A stretch of 64,000 nucleotides of DNA from Octopus vulgaris (GCA_951406725.2 OX597818.1:5146001-5210000), one strand, 5' to 3'; positions 1-13,085 are shown, numbered from the stretch's first letter. The notes: generated by a model from the sequence alone, not told the origin. Numbers and translations: made by a program.

Positions 1-3000
1 TTCGGATTGAAAAATCAGCTACTGGATCAAATCTTCCCGACTCACAGGAGCTGGACGTACCCCACAACCGGAATATTCCAACAGATGGCCATCCATGCAC
101 GTCATCAAATAATCAAAAGAAAAAGAAGGAAAAATGGTCTAGGGAAGATAATAAAGAAGTTCTTGCCATATATTTCTCCACAAATAAATCTAATACTGTA
201 CAAACATACTTAAACTGGAGACAGAAACACCCTGAAGCAAGACCCTACATAGACAGTAACAAACTTGCCAACGTCAGAAGAAACATTATAAAAAAAAATT
301 ACTGACTTAAGTAGAGATTGATCAAATTAGACAAGCAGTAACGGATAAAATGAACGAAGCTGCAGGTAAAGAAGATAATACAGAGGAAATAATTATAGGT
401 CAGCCCAGAGCTAATAAAAACGAAGTAAGGATTGAAAGAGTTAGTATAAGTGATAGGCAAAGTGAAATACTCCCTGAACCAATCATAAACACTAAGACAG
501 ATGAACATCAAAGTCACACAAATATTGACCCAACACAACTACATGAGATAAAAAATCAAATCATGATTGAATGGCTGAAAATTAAAGAAACCAGTATGGA
601 TGAACGCGATACACTCTCTAAAATCCGCAACTCTAACCAAAACATGAAAATAATTGGTAAAATCCGGCTTGCACTTAAGGATATAATTTCAGTTAATGAT
701 GTTGATATCACAGATCTCAACCACCTGTACTATGCATCCGCGAAAATCTCAACAATCCCTTGTGGTGAAACGATTAGAAAATGGCAACATTCCCACAAAA
801 AGCCTACTTGGCAAGAGCGTATCCAACAACAAATTAAACTATTTAGATCTGACATTGAATATCTGAAAAACCTTAAGGTTGACAAGACTACCAAACCTAC
901 AAAAACCCCAAAATTTATGAAAAAATATAATATGAAAACAATACTTGATATTGATGCCACCATAGAAACCATCAAGCAAAAGGTATCTGCTAAAGCTGCC
1001 AGCATAGCGAGGTATGAAAAACTTGTTAGATTCTTCAAGGACAACAACATGTTCAAAAATAACGCCAAAAATGTTTACAGGAAGATAGGAAAAACACCAG
1101 TTACTGTAAAGTCTGTACCATCAAAAGAAGAAGTGCAGGGATTTTGGAATAATATTTGCGCAGACGAAAAAACACACAACAAAAAGGCCCCCTGGATTGA
1201 TAGAATATCTACAGAACTGGACTCCTTAGAAGAACAAAAGTGGGAGATCGTCAAGGTAGAAGATATAAGATCTGCTCTCAGGAGGTCAAGCAAATGGAAG
1301 TCTCCAGGAAAGGATAAAATTCCTAACTTCTGGTTGAATGCCTTCCCAGAGAGCCATGAACTGCTTACAGAACTTTACAATGATGTTTTGCAACACCCTA
1401 GTAGGATGCCTCCTTGGCTAGTTAATGGGTTAACATTCCTGCTTCCAAAAAGTGAAGAAACGAATGAACCAAAAAACTATGGACCCATAACCTGCTTAAA
1501 AACTATGTATAAAACGCTAACATCTGTCCTGATGGAATATACCTATAGTTTTTTGACAGCAGCATATTCCCTAATGAACAGAAAGGATGTAAACGTGAAT
1601 CCTATGGTTGTAAAGATCAACTACTCATCAATAAGATGATCTTAGAAGATTGTCACAAACGACGCAGAAACTTATGGATAGCCTGGATAGACTATAAAAA
1701 GGCTTTTGATAGCCTACCACATAACTGGATTAAGAAATGCCTGGACATGTATAAAATAGCACCTACTCTGTGAAACGTTTTGTCTGTAAGTATGAGATCA
1801 TGGAGAACTACACTAACTTTGAACAGTGACAATGAATCTCTAAATGCTGGTGATGTAAAAATTTCATGTGGCATTTTCCAGGGTGACACGCTATCACCAA
1901 TCCTCTTTTGTTTAGCCTTAATACCTCTCTGAAAATTGCTCAATGACGCACAGTACGGATATAAAATGTTTGATAAAAATATAAATCATCTCATTTACAT
2001 GGATGATTTAAAGCCCTTTGCAAAACATGACCAACAACTCAAGGGCTTACTAGCGATTGTTAAACATTTCAGTGATGACATCAGAATGCAATTTGGCCTC
2101 ACTAAATGTGCAAAAGCTACCTTTATGAAAGGAAAAATGACAGAAACATCTAACGTTAACCTTGACCAGCAGAATGTCATAAAAGAATTAGACCCAGCGG
2201 AGAGCTACAAGTACCTAGGGGTAATTGAAGGGGACGGAATAAGGCATTCAGTGATGAAGGAAAGGATCAGGAGAGAATGTTATCGCAGAGTAAGAGCAAT
2301 ACTCAAGACAGAGCTGAATGCGAGAAACAGGATCGAAGTGATCAATGCATTAGCCATACCAGTCGTGACTTACAGTTTCAATATAGTTAACTTGTCAATT
2401 TCTGAAATATGTAATCTTGACAGAAAAATACGAACACTGTTGACAATGCATAGAATGCACCACCCTAAGACAGATACAGAACGACTTTATCTGCCAAGAA
2501 AAGAGGGAGGCCGTGGACTTTTACAACTAGCAATAACAATCAAGATTGCTACAATTGGCCTAGACACCTACCTGAAAAACTCTGAGGACTGGATGTTAAA
2601 ACTTGTCTCAAAACATGTAAACAAGAAAGCATCATACTCAGTAACAAAACAGGCAAAGGAATATCTAAGTGAATTCCGAATACAACAAATTTCGGAATTA
2701 GACATACAAGAAACAAGCACAGAAAAAGTTAAGCGCATGAAAACCCGTGCCAAAATTACTGCCTTAGATATTTTGAACGATAAATGGCAAGAAAAACCTC
2801 TCTATGGCAAATACCCAAAGAGAGCGAATAATGCAGATGTTGACAAAGCCCTGACCTATCAATGGCTAATGGCCTCTGGCTTAAAATCTGAAACAGAAGG
2901 GTTTATCATAGCAGCTCAAGATCAATGCCTACCAACAAGGAACTACCAGGCCAACATATTAAAGAACGGCAGTAGCCCAACATGTGTATGTCAACAACAA

Positions 3001-3738
3001 AATGAAACCATTGACCATGTTGTCTCCAAGTGCAGTCTTCTAGCGCATACAGAGTATCTCAACAGGCATGATAGAGCTGCACAATATATTCACTATTAAT
3101 TTGCAGAAGCCTGGCCTTGCCCCATGATAAAAACTGGTGGGAACACAAACCACATCCAGTGCTTGAAAATGACCACATCTCACTCCTCTGGAACTTCACC
3201 ATTCAAACTGACAGAAAGATAGATGCGAATAGGCCAGACATCATAGTAAAAGACTTCAGACAAAAAACATGCATCCTCATTGATATGACTGTCCCAATCG
3301 ATATAAACGTATCTGTCAAGACCTACCAGAAACTGAGCAAATATAAAGATATGGAAATAGAAATCAGCAAAATGTGGAACCTGAAGACTAAAACAATACC
3401 TGTTTTCATAGGTGCCCTGTGATTGATAGCAAAAGGGGGTGATTGTTACCTAACTCAGATACCAGGAAACCTCAAAATGGCAGAAATTCAGAAGATAGTG
3501 CTCATGGGAACTGCTCATATCCTATGCAAAATACTTTCTATGTAATCTCAAGTTTTAAAACAAACATAATTTTCAGATGTTTTTTTTTAGACATTCACTA
3601 GTACAACACTAAATACAAAACCAAATATATGGCACACTAGGCATAACACCAACATGAACTTCCAACCTGTTGTATCTTGAGGTCTCTGGGTGAGACTTGG
3701 AGCCAACTTGTACAAATATAAAGCAAAAGTCAAACATA

Positions 3739-3739
<1 letters not shown>
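1..3739 (+). mobile_element. R4/Dong-clade non-LTR retrotransposon (RT plus restriction-like endonuclease), family A, disrupted, probably begins before the window
   Basis: ORFs 350..1639, 1936..3099 and 3117..3422 carry [42 protein letters not shown], the zinc knuckle remnant ETIDHVVSKC, RHD, RPDII and KLSKY. There are several frameshifts and stops. The 3' UTR ends at CAAACATAG followed by (AAT)n. Confidence 0.93.

Positions 3740-3813
<74 letters not shown>
3740..3813 (+). repeat. (TAA)n microsatellite, tail or target of the Dong element
   Basis: Perfect AAT run between the Dong 3' end and the 555-bp element. Confidence 0.98.
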
Positions 3814-3815
<2 letters not shown>

Positions 3816-4368
3816 GCCCTGATGCAGTACCAGGCAGTGGCTCTCATGGCTTCTGATCTTAACTGATTGGAAGTGTTATCATGTACATTGTTTTGTCTTG
3901 GTATAAAAGATGGGCTACAGCAAATATTCTGCTCAATACCACAGATTTGCTTGTCAGTTGTTTGACCGTAACCAGTTGAGCATGTCCCTTAGTGGCTGAC
4001 GATATGTGCATCTCTGATCACGAGCAGAAGTAGTGGGGAGCATCATAGCCATGTGTTGAGAGGGATTCTTTGGGGTTTGAATAATTCACCTCTGGAAACA
4101 TGGGTGTTTCGTTCAACGTCCTTAAACAACCCTTATTCAGGGACCTTTTGAGCGGGATGGGTTACTCGATCTGAAGAAAATTCTAACTGGGTTCCACCTG
4201 CAAGGTCATGTGCTGTTTATCTTGATATGAGATCACCATGTCGCGCACATATGGTTGTGATGCATGTGCCCAGTGTACCCTTATCAGACGGGTAGTCATG
4301 ATGGGTATACTGGGCTTCGTATATTTTACCCCAGTGTCACTTTGATGGCATGCTCTGCTCGCTCACTC
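3814..4368 (+). mobile_element. 555-bp non-coding interspersed repeat (element X), copy 1, flanked by (TAA)n on both sides
   Basis: Runs ATGCCCTGATGCAGTACC...GCTCACTC. Near-identical copies at 4699, 37976 and 38590. No ORF and no recognisable tRNA head. Confidence 0.9.
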
Positions 4369-4410
4369 AATAATAATAATAATAATAATAATGATAATAA
4401 TAATAATAAT

Positions 4411-4599
4411 CAGTAGAATTATTACAAAAGTTTGCCCCCTCGGCACGGCCAGAATCATCAGGAAAATCAGGTAGATAGAAATTACATAGCATGGTACCGT
4501 AGGCTAGAGGCAGGAAGCCTGCTACGCATGCAAGACTCCAAGAGTTACAAAAAAACCTGTGGGATAAAGAATAAATAAAAATGAAAACGAAAATATAAA

Positions 4600-4600
<1 letters not shown>
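4411..4600 (+). mobile_element. 3' fragment of a different R4/Dong-like family
   Basis: Encodes VELLQKV..GTARIIRK (RLE C-terminus) and a short UTR. It sits between (TAA)n and (CTA)n/(TAA)n. Confidence 0.7.
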
Positions 4601-4676
<76 letters not shown>

Positions 4677-4698
4677 ATAATAATAATAATAATAATAA
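4600..4698 (+). repeat. Compound (CTA)n-(TAA)n microsatellite
   Basis: Directly visible. Confidence 0.97.
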
Positions 4699-5055
4699 AT
4701 GCTCTGATGCAGTACCAGGCAGTGGCTCTCATTGCTTCTGATCTTAACTGATTGGAACTGTTATCATGTACATTGTTTTTTCTTGGTATAAAAGATGGGC
4801 TATAGCAAAAATTCTGCTCAATACCACAGATTTAGTTGTCAGTTGCTTGGCCTTAACCAGTTGAATATGTCCCTTAGAGTCTGGTGATATGTGCATCTCT
4901 GGTCACGAGTAGAAGTAGCGGGGGAGCATCATAGCCATGTGTTGAAAGGAATTCTTTGAGGTTTGGTCATGCGCTTTTTATCTTGATATGAGATCACCAT
5001 GTCGCGCACATATGGCTGTGATGAATGTGCCAGTTGTACCCTTATCAGGCGTAGT
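4699..5055 (+). mobile_element. Element X copy 2, internally deleted and 3'-truncated
   Basis: Same start after (TAA)n. It lacks about 125 bp matching 4080-4205 of copy 1 and the last ~70 bp. Confidence 0.88.
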
Positions 5056-5891
5056 GCTAACAGCGAGGAAAACCTCTAATTAGATATAAAAATAAACTAT
5101 GGGCTATGAAAGACACCAGGAATTGCCTTGACATACCCATGGCTGCCCCAGACTCTGCCCAACTAACAGATTTAGTAGGAATGTACCTATTATCGGAACA
5201 TGGTTTAGAACATCTTAACATAGAGGGAGGTCTATATAGGGATGACCTACTCCTTATAACTATAAACTGCACCAATAGATCATTAGAAATCATAAAGAAA
5301 ATATTATACAAATTCTTTAAGAATTTTGGTTTAGATATCTCTATAGAGAAAGAACATTCTGCGGTTAACTACCTAGATGCAAACCTAACCTTAGTAACTA
5401 ATAAAACCCACCCATTCCATAAGTTAAACGAGAACATTAATGCCCATAGCAAACGAGTACATTAATGCCCATAGCAACCATACTAGCTCAATATAGGTCA
5501 AAGAATTTCTATGTTATCCTCGGATTTCGATACTCCCAATAAACATGCCTCTTACTTTAATAGTATATGAAAAGAAGCAGGCTAGGCTATAATTCAAAAA
5601 TTTAATTCTTTAATAATTCGGACCCAGTAATAATACTAGTAATCATCCTAACGCTCAAACTAACTATAGAAGTAATAGCAATGATAATAATAAACATAAG
5701 AAAAATAAGAAAATTATAATATACGTGTAAATAAAAATAATAATTCTAATAATTATAGTAAGGATAATACCAAAAATAATTCGAATAAAAATGATAAGCA
5801 TAATTATTATATACCCACGAAGAATACACTGACAACGATGAATAATAATAATAATAATAATAATAACAACAACAACAACAACAACAACAAC

Positions 5892-5956
<65 letters not shown>

Positions 5957-6398
5957 TAAAAATAAACATAATAAGGAAATTATATGGCTAATTATACCTT
6001 ATGGGGACAAACTAAAACTAATATCATTAAAGAAATTTTTGAACATAATAAAAACACCCTTTAAAAAGAAAAAAAACATACTCGAAAATATTCTCCAATA
6101 AAATTATCAGAGTGGGATATTCTACAATGAATGTAAGTAATATCTCTATAGAGATATTCTACAACAAGGAATGTAAGTAATATCCTCAATAAGCAATTTC
6201 AAATTAAACTAATTCTATAATAATAATTTAACTAATATTAACAATAGCTACAGCAGAATTATCCCAAACAATAAACATAACGTAATTTAAATAAATGCAC
6301 ATGTAAAGAAAAATCCAGATGTAGGGTTAATAATAACTGCAACCTAGATAACGTAATGTATAAATGTATAGTAAACTCTATAAATGTATACCCACCTC

Positions 6399-6459
<61 letters not shown>

Positions 6460-7440
6460 TAATAATAACAATAATAAAGAATATATTGGATCTACAGCGA
6501 ACGAAATTATAAGAAAAATTTCCCACCATTATCAGTCTTTCAAAAATCCCAAACTAAAAACTTCGACAGGTGTATGTAAATACATATGGGAGCTAAAATC
6601 TAATAAAATAGAATACACCAATAATTGGTATATTATTTGTAGTGCAAAGTCATATAAAGTAGGTAACAAAACGTGCTTTTTATGTACAACAGAGTTTATA
6701 AAAATACACCAGTCGAGCGAGTTATTATTGAACAGTATTGGAGAGGAGTAAAATGTCAACATAAGAATAGCTTTACGTTTAATAAAATGAAAAACACATA
6801 AAATAATACCCCCTCCCCCAGCATATCATCTCATGCACATTTATGAGGAAATTAATTACTAGAAGTTAGAATAGTATTTATATAGTATTATATACGGATA
6901 TACTAAGAACTAAGAATTTATTAAACAATATTACCTTTAAATGAATAGACAGGCCACATTTATGTAACATAAATCTCAAAATCTAAAACACTTTAAAAAT
7001 CGATTAATAGCTAGCTTTACGAGTATACCCTATTTCTAGTTATTATCTCCTCTTGACTTCAACCTCTTTAATATTATTGGTTTTAGAGTAATTTTCAGAG
7101 AGTTTTATTTTAAATTAATGTATGTTATTCCCATAATACTTAGCATCTGACAGTGGAAGCGGACATTTGCACTTGAACTTGAAGGATTAAACTACATGTC
7201 GTAAAGTAATCTGTCTTTTTACTGTTTTTTAATAATCTTATTCAAATAGTTCCTAACGTAAGTAGTTGTATTTACTAATTAACCGTTATTGTACACTATT
7301 AATTCACAGTTATACTAGTTTTGACAGGGGTAAATTTTACACTAAATTATTAATTTCTATAATATCTATTTAGATATATTACAAAACTTGAAATATTTCT
7401 AATTTAATCGTTATTAATTTCCTTAGGTTAAGCATTTTTT
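5056..7440 (+). mobile_element. Penelope-like element (Naiad-like RT plus C-terminal GIY-YIG), 5'-truncated and degenerate
   Basis: RT motifs DIPMAAPDSAQLTDLVG, GLYRDDLL and NYLD. Linker CTC-x5-C-x5-C at ~6298. Endonuclease motifs VMYKC...YIGST and CFLCTTE...CQH. The 3' limit is approximate and the clade is inferred from motif pattern. Confidence 0.85.
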
Positions 7441-7617
7441 TTTATATATATCGTAAATGTACTTTATGTATTTAATATTTAAAAAAAATTATTTGAAATT
7501 TTTATTGTGATTTTTAATATGATTTTTAACTTCTAACATTTACCTTTTGGACAGTCCTGGCGGAAAAGAAAGATGATCACGTGAGGAAAAAAAGATGGAC
7601 GATAGTCACGTCTGAGC

Positions 7618-7655
<38 letters not shown>

Positions 7656-7808
7656 AAAGATAAAGAGGAGGAGAGCGACACACATAGAAAACGGTGGAAG
7701 GGAGAAAAATGGAATAAGAGAAAAAGATGGGGGAGAAAACAGTATAAAGTCAAATCAAAAAGATTAAGATAAACTTGTTTGGAAATAGATGCGTGACGTT
7801 CGGTCAAA

Positions 7809-7849
<41 letters not shown>

Positions 7850-8925
7850 CGTAAATATATACAAATGCATATATGTGTACAGAAAGTATGTATATATATA
7901 TACACACATATATATACATATATATACACATACACACCATATACGTATATATATATGTATATAAATTACAAATCTAAAACTAGATATATATACGCATACA
8001 CACATACACATATATACATATATACACATATGCATACATCTACTTGTATATAGACACACACGCACACACATACACACACATGTATACACAATCTAAAGAT
8101 TAAATAACAATATAACTTTTAATTATCTAAAATAGTTTATACTTTAATACCCAATAATCCTCGAAATAATCAATTCAACTTAATTATATTTTCTAAACAC
8201 ATATTTTCAAGAGTGTATACAAAATAAAGCACCTTCTTGTTTGTTGTTTAGATGTTTCTTTTTTATGTTAAAATTTGATATATTTCCTCCACATCAAGGT
8301 TACATCTATTATGAGCAATTTTATAAGATCTAGCATGACTAAGTATTTGCCATTTAAGTTACATAATTTATTATTATACCTTAACTTCCATATAAATTTA
8401 CTTGGACTGGTGCTACACAATTTATAAAACTTTTCGGTTGACCCAATACAAAAATAACTATTTCCTTCAGATTCTACCCTATATGTGTATACAAAAATTA
8501 TTTAAATTACATTTATCTTTAAACCTGCCATCAAAAGTTCTAGCTACATGATTTCGATTAGGTTCATTATTAGTGTTAGTAATTAACGTATTATAATTTA
8601 TATCACTATCAAAAATATATAGTTTATTGTTATCAATCGAAGTGAAGTCGATTAATATAAGTTTTTATATACTGAAAAACCAATTCTAACCGTTTTATTA
8701 TTAATTATTTTCCTTATTAAAGTATTTACGTATAGGTCTGTAAAAACATTTAACCAAATTAGTTTTTATTGGTCTTGCAAAAGAAATAAATCAAACATTA
8801 TTGCCTTTATCAAAGTTATCATTTTGCAATTTATCAAAATTAACATATGGGAGATATTTTCTACTCTTAAATTTAAACTCATCATTCCTATCATTATTGT
8901 TGTTGTTGGTATTATTATTATTATT

Positions 8926-11193
8926 CTATGTTTGACTTTTGCTTTATATTTGTACAAGTTGGCTCCAAGTCTCACCCAGAGACCTCAAGAGACAACAGGG
9001 TTGGAAGTTCATGTTGTTGTTATGCCTAGTGTGCCATATATTTGGGGGTGGGGATGTTGTACTAATGAATGTCTAAAAAAAAAAATGTTTTTTTTTTTTT
9101 TTTTTTTTAAACCGAAAATTATGGTTGTTTTAAACCTTGAGGTTACATAGAGAGTATTTTGCGTAGGATATGAGCAGTTCCCATGAGCACTATCTTTTGA
9201 ACTTCTGCCATTTTTGGGTTTCCTGGTATCTGAGTTAGGTAGCTATCAGCCCCTTTTGCTATCATTCCCAGGGCACCTATGACAACAGGTATTGTTTTAG
9301 TCTTCAGCTTCCACATTTTGCTGATTTCTATTTCAAGATCTTTATATTTGCTCAGTTTTTGGTAGGTCCTGACAGATACGTTTATATCGATTGGGACAGT
9401 CATATCAATGAGGAGGCATGTTCTTTGTTTGAAGTCTTTCAATATGATGTCTGGCCTATTTGCATCTATCTTCCTGTCAGTTTGAATGGTGAAGTTCCAG
9501 AGGAGTGAGATGTGGTCATTTTCAAGCACTGGGGGTGGTTTGTGTTCCCACCAGTTTTTTTCATGGGGCAAATCCAGGTTTTTACAGATTACCCAGTGAA
9601 TATATTGTGCAGCTCTATCGTGCCTGTTGAGATACTCTGTAGGCGCTAGAAGACTGCACTTGGAGACCACATGGTCAATGGTTTCATTTTGTTGCTTGCA
9701 TACACGACACGTTGGACTGCTTCTGATCTTTAATATGTTGGCCTGGTAGTTTCTTGTTGGTAGGCATTGATCTTGAGCTGCTATGATAAACCCCTCTGTT
9801 TCAGATTTTAAGCCAGAGGCCATTAGCCATTGATGGGTCAGGGCTTTGTCGATATCTGCATTATTCGCTCTCTTTTGGTATTTGCCATAGAGAGGTTTTT
9901 CTTGCCATTTATTATTCAGAATATCTAAGGCCGCAGTTTTGGCACGGGTTTTCATGCGCCTAGCTTTTTCTGTGCTTGTTTCTTGTATGTCTATCTCTAA
10001 TTCCGAAATTGGTTGTATTCGGAATTCACTTAGATATTCCTTTGCCTGTTTTGTGACTGAGTATGATGCTTTCTTGTTTTCATGTTTTGAGACAAGTTTT
10101 AACATCCAGTCCTCAGAGTTTTTCAGGTAGGTGTCTAGGCCAATTGTAGCAATCTTCATTGTTATTGCCAGTTGCAAAAGACCACGGCCTCCCTCTTTTC
10201 TTGGCAGATAGAGTCGTTCTGTATCTGCCTTAGGGTGGTGCATTCTATGCATTGTCAACAGTTTCCTTATTTTTCTGTCGAGCTGACATATTTCAGTAAT
10301 TGACCAGTTAACAATATTGAAACTGTAAGTCACGACTGGTATAGCTAATGCATTGATTGCTTCGATCCTGTTTCTTGCATTCGGCTCTGTCTTGAGTATT
10401 GCTCTCACTCTTCGATAGCATTCTCTCCTGATCCTTTCCTTCATCTCTGAATGCCTTATTCCGTTCCCTTCAATTACCCCTAGGTACTTGTAGCTCTCCG
10501 CTGGGTCTAATTCTTTTATGACATTCTGTTGGTCAAGGTTAACGTTAGATGTTTCTGTCATTTTTCCTTTGATAAAGGTAGCCTTTGCACATTTATCGAG
10601 GCCGAATTGCATTCTGATGTCGTCACTGAATTGTTTGACTATCGGCAGTAAGCCCTTGAGTTGTTGATCATTTTTTGCAAAAAGCTTTAAATCATCCATG
10701 TAAACGAGATGATTTATATTTTTATCAAACATTTTATACCCGTACTGCGCGTCATTGAGCAGCTTTGAGAGAGGTATTAAGGCTAAACAAAAGATAGTGG
10801 TGACAGTGAGTCACCCTGGAAAATGCCACACGAAATTTTTACATCACCAGCATTTAGGGATTCACTGTCACTGTTCAGAGTTAGTGTGGTTCTCCATGAT
10901 CTCATACTTACAGTCAAGAAGTTTCGCAGAGTTGGTGCTATCTTATACATTTCAAGGCATTTCCTAATCCAGCTATGTGGTAGGCTATCAAAAGCCTTTT
11001 TATAGTCTATCCAGGCTATTGATAAGTTTTTGTGTCGTTTGTGACAATCTTCTAAGATCATCTTATTGATGAGTAGTTGGTATTTACAGCCGTAGGATCC
11101 ACGTTTACATCCTTTCTGTTCATTAGGGAATATGCTGCTGTCTGTTAAAAAACTATAGGTATATTCCGTCAGGACAGATGTTAGTGTTTTGTA

Positions 11194-11196
<3 letters not shown>
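8926..11196 (-). mobile_element. R4/Dong family A, copy 2, 5'-truncated, flanked by (TAA)n at both ends
   Basis: Highly similar to 1505..3739 including the 3' UTR. TAA repeats lie at 8911-8925 and 11197-11285. Confidence 0.95.
9143..10732 (-). CDS. Uninterrupted 529-aa C-terminal part of the Dong ORF (RT palm/thumb, CCHC knuckle, PD-(D/E)xK endonuclease)
   Basis: YMDDLK, CRVC..ETIDHVVSKC, RHD, RPDIILKD and KLSKY, ending GTAHILRKILSM. It lies in a truncated copy, so it is not an autonomous gene. Confidence 0.85.
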   Translation of the reverse strand: MFDKNINHLVYMDDLKLFAKNDQQLKGLLPIVKQFSDDIRMQFGLDKCAKATFIKGKMTETSNVNLDQQNVIKELDPAESYKYLGVIEGNGIRHSEMKERIRRECYRRVRAILKTEPNARNRIEAINALAIPVVTYSFNIVNWSITEICQLDRKIRKLLTMHRMHHPKADTERLYLPRKEGGRGLLQLAITMKIATIGLDTYLKNSEDWMLKLVSKHENKKASYSVTKQAKEYLSEFRIQPISELEIDIQETSTEKARRMKTRAKTAALDILNNKWQEKPLYGKYQKRANNADIDKALTHQWLMASGLKSETEGFIIAAQDQCLPTRNYQANILKIRSSPTCRVCKQQNETIDHVVSKCSLLAPTEYLNRHDRAAQYIHWVICKNLDLPHEKNWWEHKPPPVLENDHISLLWNFTIQTDRKIDANRPDIILKDFKQRTCLLIDMTVPIDINVSVRTYQKLSKYKDLEIEISKMWKLKTKTIPVVIGALGMIAKGADSYLTQIPGNPKMAEVQKIVLMGTAHILRKILSM

Positions 11197-11286
<90 letters not shown>

Positions 11287-13085
11287 ACTTACTTAAGATA
11301 TCCATATTACTGGTATTAATTTTAGAGTAGAGGTTAGCACTACATTTTTCTCCACTCTTACTTTGTATGTTATTAGATTCAATAGCGGTCGATTTATTAA
11401 TTACAGTATCATTCTTATTTTTATGAGATTTAAAAAGTTTAAGTTTATCAATCATACCACTAACATTATATGTACCCAATCCGTTGTCTATCAATTTAAT
11501 ATTATTATAATTTTTGTTGTCTTTACCCTTTTTACAATAAACAGTTTATGTATATTCCGCTTTATTAAGGGCTATATTATAATATTCAGCATTACTACTG
11601 GAAATTTCCTCATTAGAAGATAAAAATGAAATTCCTCTCCAAATATTTTAAACCTAAGTAAGTGTAATTACTTTTGGATGATTACTATTAAAATTAATAT
11701 ACTTCAAGTTAGTATTAGGGTTACGATATGACCTATATTGGCCGGTAACAAGATTCAGATTAAGATCTAAATAATTAAAATAATGATGTTCGTTTTCAAT
11801 GGAAATAAATAAACCAAGTCTTTTTAAAAATTCATGAAGTCTTTTCATATACAAATCCAATTTCCTATTGGATAGGGTATTAATTAAAAACAGCGCGTTA
11901 TACCTATATATTCGACTTTTAAATTCCGGAAATTCACTATCCAAATAAAACAGAATTATTGATTTCCTAGCTTCTAAAGCTATTTTAATTTATTTTAAAG
12001 TAAGGGTAGATCTATTTTTAGCAAGCAAAAGAGCCTGATTAAGAACTGTAGGATTTATAGATGAATAATAATTATCAATATCTATTTGTATAAATTTATT
12101 TTTATTTGTATTATCTATTCCAACAAACCAATTAAGATCTTCCTGTGTAATTGACTATAGATCAAATTTCAATTTTCTCCTAAATGTCGGTAAATATTTA
12201 TCTAAAATACTTTTACTAGGTCAGATCGCCCTGGGTAAATTTAGGGCTAGAATAGGTGTTATCCTTATGATTTTTCAAAGTTATTCTAGACCTCATAGAC
12301 ACAAATGGCTCAGTCATGTCATCAGAACCATAATCCTTCATAATCTTCTTACCTTTAAGTTAATAGACCGTAATATATTTTTACTTACTACCTTATAGTT
12401 ACTATTTCATTTTTAATTAGGTTATGATAATTTATAATATCAATATTATACAAGTTACCAGCTTTATCTGATTGGATAATAATTCCATTTTTTTTCTAAG
12501 GTCAGATACTAATGTTTTCAGATTCCTTAAATGCTCATCCCCCTGAGGGGATACTTAATAAATTTAACATTTCTCACTATAAATCTTCCTCAAACGCCGC
12601 CAAATGGCAGTTCAATGGTTGAAATTTTTGGTTTTAAAATGTTTTTGGAAGAAGTTCAGCATTTTCATTTTGAGAATCAGTTCTTGTTCAAATTCTTTAT
12701 CATAATAAAACGGCTTCCTATGTATACTATGAATAAATTCAGTAGTCTTGGTAACTAAATCTTCCATATAATCCCACCTAGGGGTTACAGGAATGCCTTT
12801 GAATGAAAGCTCAATTGGTAACTTCTCGATTTTACCAGCGAAAAACAGTATAAACTTTATCACACAAGTAATATTGAAATTAAACCCAATACAAGGAAAA
12901 TAAGGATGAAAACATCCAATATGTCACTGGCTCCACTGTTAAATACCCAATATTTAGAGAAAACCCTTACAAATAACATGGGTGTATATTAGCTTTATGA
13001 AAATAGAAAAATAGAAAAATTGTAAGCATAAATATATTTGAATTGAGTCTTTTCTTGGATCTGTGAATCCTCATATATAAAAAAT

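Larger units (their letters stand above)
8090..12900 (-). mobile_element. Penelope-like element (Naiad-like), degenerate, interrupted by a Dong insertion
   Basis: N-terminal LSFKGIP...TEFIHSIHRK (12612..12863), RT RIYRYNAL...NYLDLNLNL...SNHP (11654..11944), an Asn-rich linker and GIY-YIG remnants at ~8200-8550. Confidence 0.78.

Noticed and set aside
3996-4020. CTGACGA inside element X as a hammerhead core
   Set aside because: No GAAA closes a stem II, and copy 2 reads CTGGTGA.
3815-4369. Element X as a solo LTR (TG...CA ends, TATAAAA)
   Set aside because: There is no clean 4-6 bp TSD, no PBS/PPT and no internal region between adjacent copies. Not adopted, though not fully excluded.
5434-5478. 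Short tandem duplications (also ~6116-6185 and ~45462-45526)
   Set aside because: These are ordinary slippage or repair duplications in or next to decayed elements.
6298-6770. Selenocysteine (in-frame UGA) recoding reported for some Naiad PLEs
   Set aside because: The conserved Cys positions I could read here and in the other PLE copies are TGT/TGC or simple decay. I saw no UGA at those sites and could not support a SECIS.
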